The translations under genes were made by a program, and so were the position numbers. From a phage: 64,000 bases of DNA. The stretch is taken from sequence record PX393110.1; one strand, given 5' to 3'. The notes under the pieces are model-generated. The model saw only the letters and a list, made by a program, of their open reading frames with translations. It searched no databases and had not been told where the DNA came from. Of the stretch, positions 60,399 to 64,000 are shown one piece after another. Every line of letters starts with the position of its first letter. The first letter of the stretch is position 1.

Positions 60399-61064
60399 AT
60401 GTCTAGCTTGTCAATTACCCCAGCTGATGTAGTGGCTGCTCTTAATAAGTGGATAGCTTTAAACTATAAAACTGTTAGGAGTATTGTGTTCGATCCTATG
60501 GCTGGTTACGAGACTTCCATAGAGAATGTAAGGTCCACGAGTGTCCAGCTGAATAAATATCGTGAACCTAAATCCACGATGCCTATTCTGTCGTGGAACC
60601 GGACGCCCTTCCGCAGAGGAGATATGGGTAAGACCATAACTCAGAAGATGAAAGGTGCCGATGGCAAATGGTACAACGTAACTGTAGCCATGATGAAGAT
60701 GGACTACAGATTCGTATTCTTCGCCACGAATATGAAAGATGTTGAGCAGTTTGAGGTTGACTGGTTAACGCAGCGTGGGTTAAACGGGATTACGAATGCT
60801 ACAGTGAACATGGGGCAGTCGCTAGGTGAATTTACCTTCGCCTTAAACTGGGGCATGTCTCTGGAAGATATAACCTTTAATCTGGAGACTAATTACTACA
60901 AAGCCTTAACTGGCTCTGCGGAGATTAGTGGACCGGTTATATCAGCCACGGAACTGGGTGAGGATGACCTCAATAACCTTATCGAGGTGGTTGAGTTCCA
61001 ACTCCAGTCCTGTAATGGCGGAGTACTTCCGGATAAGTTTACAATTACAGATCTCGGAGATTAA
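60399..61064 (+). CDS. head-tail joining / tail-terminator region protein (position only)
   Basis: ORF track, co-oriented, tightly packed. Confidence 0.4.
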   Translation: MSSLSITPADVVAALNKWIALNYKTVRSIVFDPMAGYETSIENVRSTSVQLNKYREPKSTMPILSWNRTPFRRGDMGKTITQKMKGADGKWYNVTVAMMKMDYRFVFFATNMKDVEQFEVDWLTQRGLNGITNATVNMGQSLGEFTFALNWGMSLEDITFNLETNYYKALTGSAEISGPVISATELGEDDLNNLIEVVEFQLQSCNGGVLPDKFTITDLGD

Positions 61065-61065
61065 G

Positions 61066-61257
61066 ATGTCTGAACAAAATAAAACCGACGCCCCAGTTAG
61101 CGAAAAGGTTCGCCTGTTCTCTATTGTGGATCATGACGTCGAGATCACCATTAAAGGTGGTCAAACTATCCTCGTTCCTCCGAAGGGCATCCTGAAAGAT
61201 GTTCCTAAAGAGTGGCTGGAAGATGTCAAACTTCCCGCTGGCGTTAAGATGAAATAA
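61066..61257 (+). CDS. small hypothetical protein (63 aa)
   Basis: Internal ATG of ORF 60928..61257 (MSEQNKTDAP...), one nt after the upstream stop. Confidence 0.4.
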   Translation: MSEQNKTDAPVSEKVRLFSIVDHDVEITIKGGQTILVPPKGILKDVPKEWLEDVKLPAGVKMK

Positions 61258-61267
61258 GGAGATTTAA

Positions 61268-63067
61268 ATGTCTGCACCACGCGTAAGCTATGCGGAGCGC
61301 GATCTGAGTGCGTACGTTCCTGCTACTGAGACTATTTATGCGGCTATCGTAGTTGATGCTGTTAAAGGTCCGGTAGAGAAACCGATCGTGCCTGGCAATG
61401 CTCCCAACTTCCTGAAAATCTTTACGCCAAATGAGCAAATCGACATCGGTATGTCTACTGCGCACTTCTCTGCGCTGACCGTGTTGGAGAAATACTCCAG
61501 CGTGGTAGTAGTCCGTGCTGCCTCTGCTGATGCTCGCTATTCCGGCGCTCTGGTAAATAACGACGGTACCGTCGTTACCGCCAGTGATATTAAAGATCCG
61601 TCTGCAGTGGATATGGACGATGAGTCCTTCCTGATTGCCGCAGCTAACCAGGGTCTTTGGGGTGATGAACTCCGCTTCCAGGTACTCGGCTATAAAGCTA
61701 CTGAGACTGTCTCTGTAACTGGCGGTATTCTTAAGTCTACCCAGAAATGGGGTGCTGGTTATCCGGTTAAGTTGGCTGGGTCTAACCTGCCTGCTGAAGT
61801 AAATGATTATACCACTTACTTCGCAGTTCCGGCTACCGGTGGTATTAAACTGGCTACCAGCCGAGCTAATGCTACTGCATCTACTCCGGTCACACTGACC
61901 GTGTCCGATGCCACTGGCGTTATCGTATCTCCGGCTGTGGAGTACACCAAGACTCCTAATACCTTCAATCTGCGGGTATTTAAAGCAGACGATCTGGTTA
62001 ATCCGGTGCTGGATGTAATCGGTTCTAAGATCAATGGTCTTAAGGATCCGGACAATAAGTCTCTGTACATCGAAGATGTTACTGCCGACAATATCTATGC
62101 TCAGGTGTTTAACAACCCTCTGAATACTGATCCGGTAGCCGACATCGTTATCCCAGCAGCATTGGGTGGTGGTTCTAACGGATCTCCGGTTACCGATGGC
62201 GACTGTATTCGTGCTCTGAACAAGCTCAACAACCCTCGTGAATTCGCCATTAAAGTGATCATGAACGGTGGCCGTACTTCTCAGGCTTACGGTTCGGCAA
62301 TCATCGCTCTGGCAGAGTCCCGTGCTGACTGCGTCGGTATTACCTCGGTTCCTCTGACTGCACAGGGTGGCGTATCTCCTGCTCAGTCTATGGTTAACTA
62401 TCGTAAGCACGACACTAACTGGGATACCAGTTATGCTGCCATGTATGCGCCTCACGTTAAGATCTACGATCGTTACAACGACCGTAATCTGTGGGTATCT
62501 CCGGACGGTGTTGCGACGAAGGCTATCTTCGATACTGCGTCTAACTTCGAGATCTGGTACCCAGTTGGTGGTAACAAGCGCGGTGTGGTTAACGTGCTGG
62601 ATACGTACGTACACCTGCTCGATTCTGACCAGGATCTTCTGTATGATGCGGGTATTAACCCTATCGTATTCGAAGAAGGCGAAGGTATCAAGATCTGGGG
62701 TCAGAAGACTCTTCAGTATGCCAGCTCCATGCTGGATCGTCTGAACGTCCGACTCCTGCTGGTTACCATCGGTCCGGCTATCCGTAAACTGTTGGCGAAC
62801 TTCCTGTTCGAATTCAACGATGCGGATACTCGTGCACTGGCTAAAGGTATGGTCGATACCTATATGGATTCGATCATGGCTCGTCGTGGTGTTACTAAGT
62901 ACGTCACTATCTGTGATGATACCAACAACACTGCAAGCGATGTGGATAACCATATCCTGAGAGTAAGCCTGCTGGTTTGCCCGAATAATTCGACCGAATA
63001 CATCCCTCTGACTATTGGTATTACCAATAACAGTGTGGACTTCGATCTGGCCGCGGAAGCACTGTAA
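61268..63067 (+). CDS. tail sheath protein
   Basis: 599 aa. The C-terminal region fits the sheath family pattern (YAAMYAPHVKIYD..., VSPDG, GINPIVFEEGEGIKIWGQKTL, LNVRLL, FEFNDADTR, ICDDTNNT). Followed by a tube-sized gene. Confidence 0.85.
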   Translation: MSAPRVSYAERDLSAYVPATETIYAAIVVDAVKGPVEKPIVPGNAPNFLKIFTPNEQIDIGMSTAHFSALTVLEKYSSVVVVRAASADARYSGALVNNDGTVVTASDIKDPSAVDMDDESFLIAAANQGLWGDELRFQVLGYKATETVSVTGGILKSTQKWGAGYPVKLAGSNLPAEVNDYTTYFAVPATGGIKLATSRANATASTPVTLTVSDATGVIVSPAVEYTKTPNTFNLRVFKADDLVNPVLDVIGSKINGLKDPDNKSLYIEDVTADNIYAQVFNNPLNTDPVADIVIPAALGGGSNGSPVTDGDCIRALNKLNNPREFAIKVIMNGGRTSQAYGSAIIALAESRADCVGITSVPLTAQGGVSPAQSMVNYRKHDTNWDTSYAAMYAPHVKIYDRYNDRNLWVSPDGVATKAIFDTASNFEIWYPVGGNKRGVVNVLDTYVHLLDSDQDLLYDAGINPIVFEEGEGIKIWGQKTLQYASSMLDRLNVRLLLVTIGPAIRKLLANFLFEFNDADTRALAKGMVDTYMDSIMARRGVTKYVTICDDTNNTASDVDNHILRVSLLVCPNNSTEYIPLTIGITNNSVDFDLAAEAL

Positions 63068-63077
63068 GGAGATCAGG

Positions 63078-63602
63078 ATGCCGCCTATTACTTTGGATCA
63101 AGTCCGCAATCTGGGAGACTTCGCCACGATCGTCGACTGGGAATTACAGTTCATCACTGTACCTTCCGGCCTGAATAATCTGTCGGATGCAGTCTTCCTG
63201 CGTTGCGAATCTTCGGATATTCCGAAAAAGACTGGTACTTCCACATCTATCCAGATTCGTGGTCTGGTACCGGTTAAACAGCCTGGGATTTACGCTCCTC
63301 CGCAGACTCTTACACTCACCTGTAACGAAACTGTGGATAACGCAATCGCTCAGCAGATTGCTAACTGGCGTGAAATGTGCTATCAGACTGGTACTGGCGT
63401 TGCTGGTCGTACTCAGGATGTTAAGGCGAAACTGCGTCTTAAACGTCTGAATCGTCAGAAAGTCGGTATCTGGTATTATGATCTCGAAGGTGTATTCCTG
63501 GAAGATTATGATGCTGGTGGCCAGCTGGGCTCTACTTCGGCTGACGTACTGAAACCAGTCCTGACGTTGTCCTACGACGACTTCAAGGAAGGAGCTCTTT
63601 AA
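63078..63602 (+). CDS. tail tube protein
   Basis: ATG at 63078 with AAGGAG RBS. 174 aa, directly after the sheath. Confidence 0.65.
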   Translation: MPPITLDQVRNLGDFATIVDWELQFITVPSGLNNLSDAVFLRCESSDIPKKTGTSTSIQIRGLVPVKQPGIYAPPQTLTLTCNETVDNAIAQQIANWREMCYQTGTGVAGRTQDVKAKLRLKRLNRQKVGIWYYDLEGVFLEDYDAGGQLGSTSADVLKPVLTLSYDDFKEGAL

Positions 63603-63616
63603 TAGAGAGGTAGACC

Positions 63617-64000
63617 GTGTTTTTGAATAATGTTCAACAAGTACGGTCTATCGAATGGGGACAAATGCACTTATGGGATGTAAGATTCCCTGATGCTCCG
63701 TCCCCATTCTCCGACTGGTTTCCTGCTACGGATTATCAGTTGAACTCAGTAACTGGGCTAGCTATGTCTCAGCAGTTTTACATGCGAGATTTTAAGTTCC
63801 CCCAGAGTAAAGGATCTCCGGATTTAACTTTCCAGGTATTGGACGATGAGAAGATGACACTCCACGAGTGGTATCATCATTGGTTCGACGAAATATACCA
63901 GGAGTCTTCCGGAGTACTTACTTTAGCTGAGTGCGTTAGACCAGTTATAGTAGCTACCCTAAATCGTCAGAGACAGAGAGTGTTGTTAGAGACATTCTAT
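63617..64000 (+). CDS. tail-module protein, 3' end beyond window edge
   Basis: Hand-translated. GTG at 63617 sits 6 nt after AGAGAGG and gives MFLNNVQQVRSIEWGQMHLWDVRFPDAPSPFSDWFP..., open to 64000. Not in the ORF track because no stop falls within the window. Confidence 0.5.
   Translation, partial: MFLNNVQQVRSIEWGQMHLWDVRFPDAPSPFSDWFPATDYQLNSVTGLAMSQQFYMRDFKFPQSKGSPDLTFQVLDDEKMTLHEWYHHWFDEIYQESSGVLTLAECVRPVIVATLNRQRQRVLLETFY

Noticed and set aside
61244-62953. 569-aa minus-strand ORF inside the tail sheath gene
   Set aside because: Same artefact. It mirrors the sheath gene almost end to end, its composition is low-complexity (R/S/T/I-rich), and it has no RBS.

Overview
The window reads as one contiguous piece of a large virulent phage genome with a contractile tail (myovirus type). 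Codon usage in the highly expressed genes looks enterobacterial. I do not recognise the phage. All functional calls come from motifs read by eye in the supplied translations. No BLAST or HMM search was possible.

Layout:
- Positions 1-50239 hold about 66 tightly packed minus-strand genes for early functions, replication, recombination and nucleotide metabolism. They include a family-A DNA polymerase, primase, three helicases, a two-subunit topoisomerase II, a fused Mre11/Rad50, FEN, RNase H, an SSB-like protein and a RusA-like protein. Two ORFs together make up a split multisubunit RNA polymerase beta-prime.
- Positions 50240-50420 are a divergent junction.
- Positions 50421-64000 hold the plus-strand structural module: terminase, portal, protease/scaffold, major capsid, sheath and tube.
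- No integrase, repressor or lysis genes are visible.

Most interesting observations:
1. An 11-gene island at 20.5-30.3 kb looks like an undescribed DNA hypermodification pathway. It combines a thymidylate-synthase-family hydroxymethylase, a nucleotidase and a kinase with a T4 beta-glucosyltransferase-like enzyme, a GT2 glycosyltransferase, a PIG-L deacetylase, a BCCT-family transporter, an ATP-grasp ligase and a SAM methyltransferase.
2. A fixed-spacing 31-nt motif, CCGCTCTTTT-N9-AAAGGCTGTTAA, occurs 19 times, always in the transcribed orientation and in front of minus-strand genes. It is probably the promoter of the phage RNA polymerase.
3. A second conserved cassette of about 120 nt occurs 5 times and shares the CCGYTCTTTTG half-site.
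4. A gene-poor stretch of about 2 kb (46.2-48.3 kb) contains two tRNAs and long, strongly structured ORF-free RNA regions.
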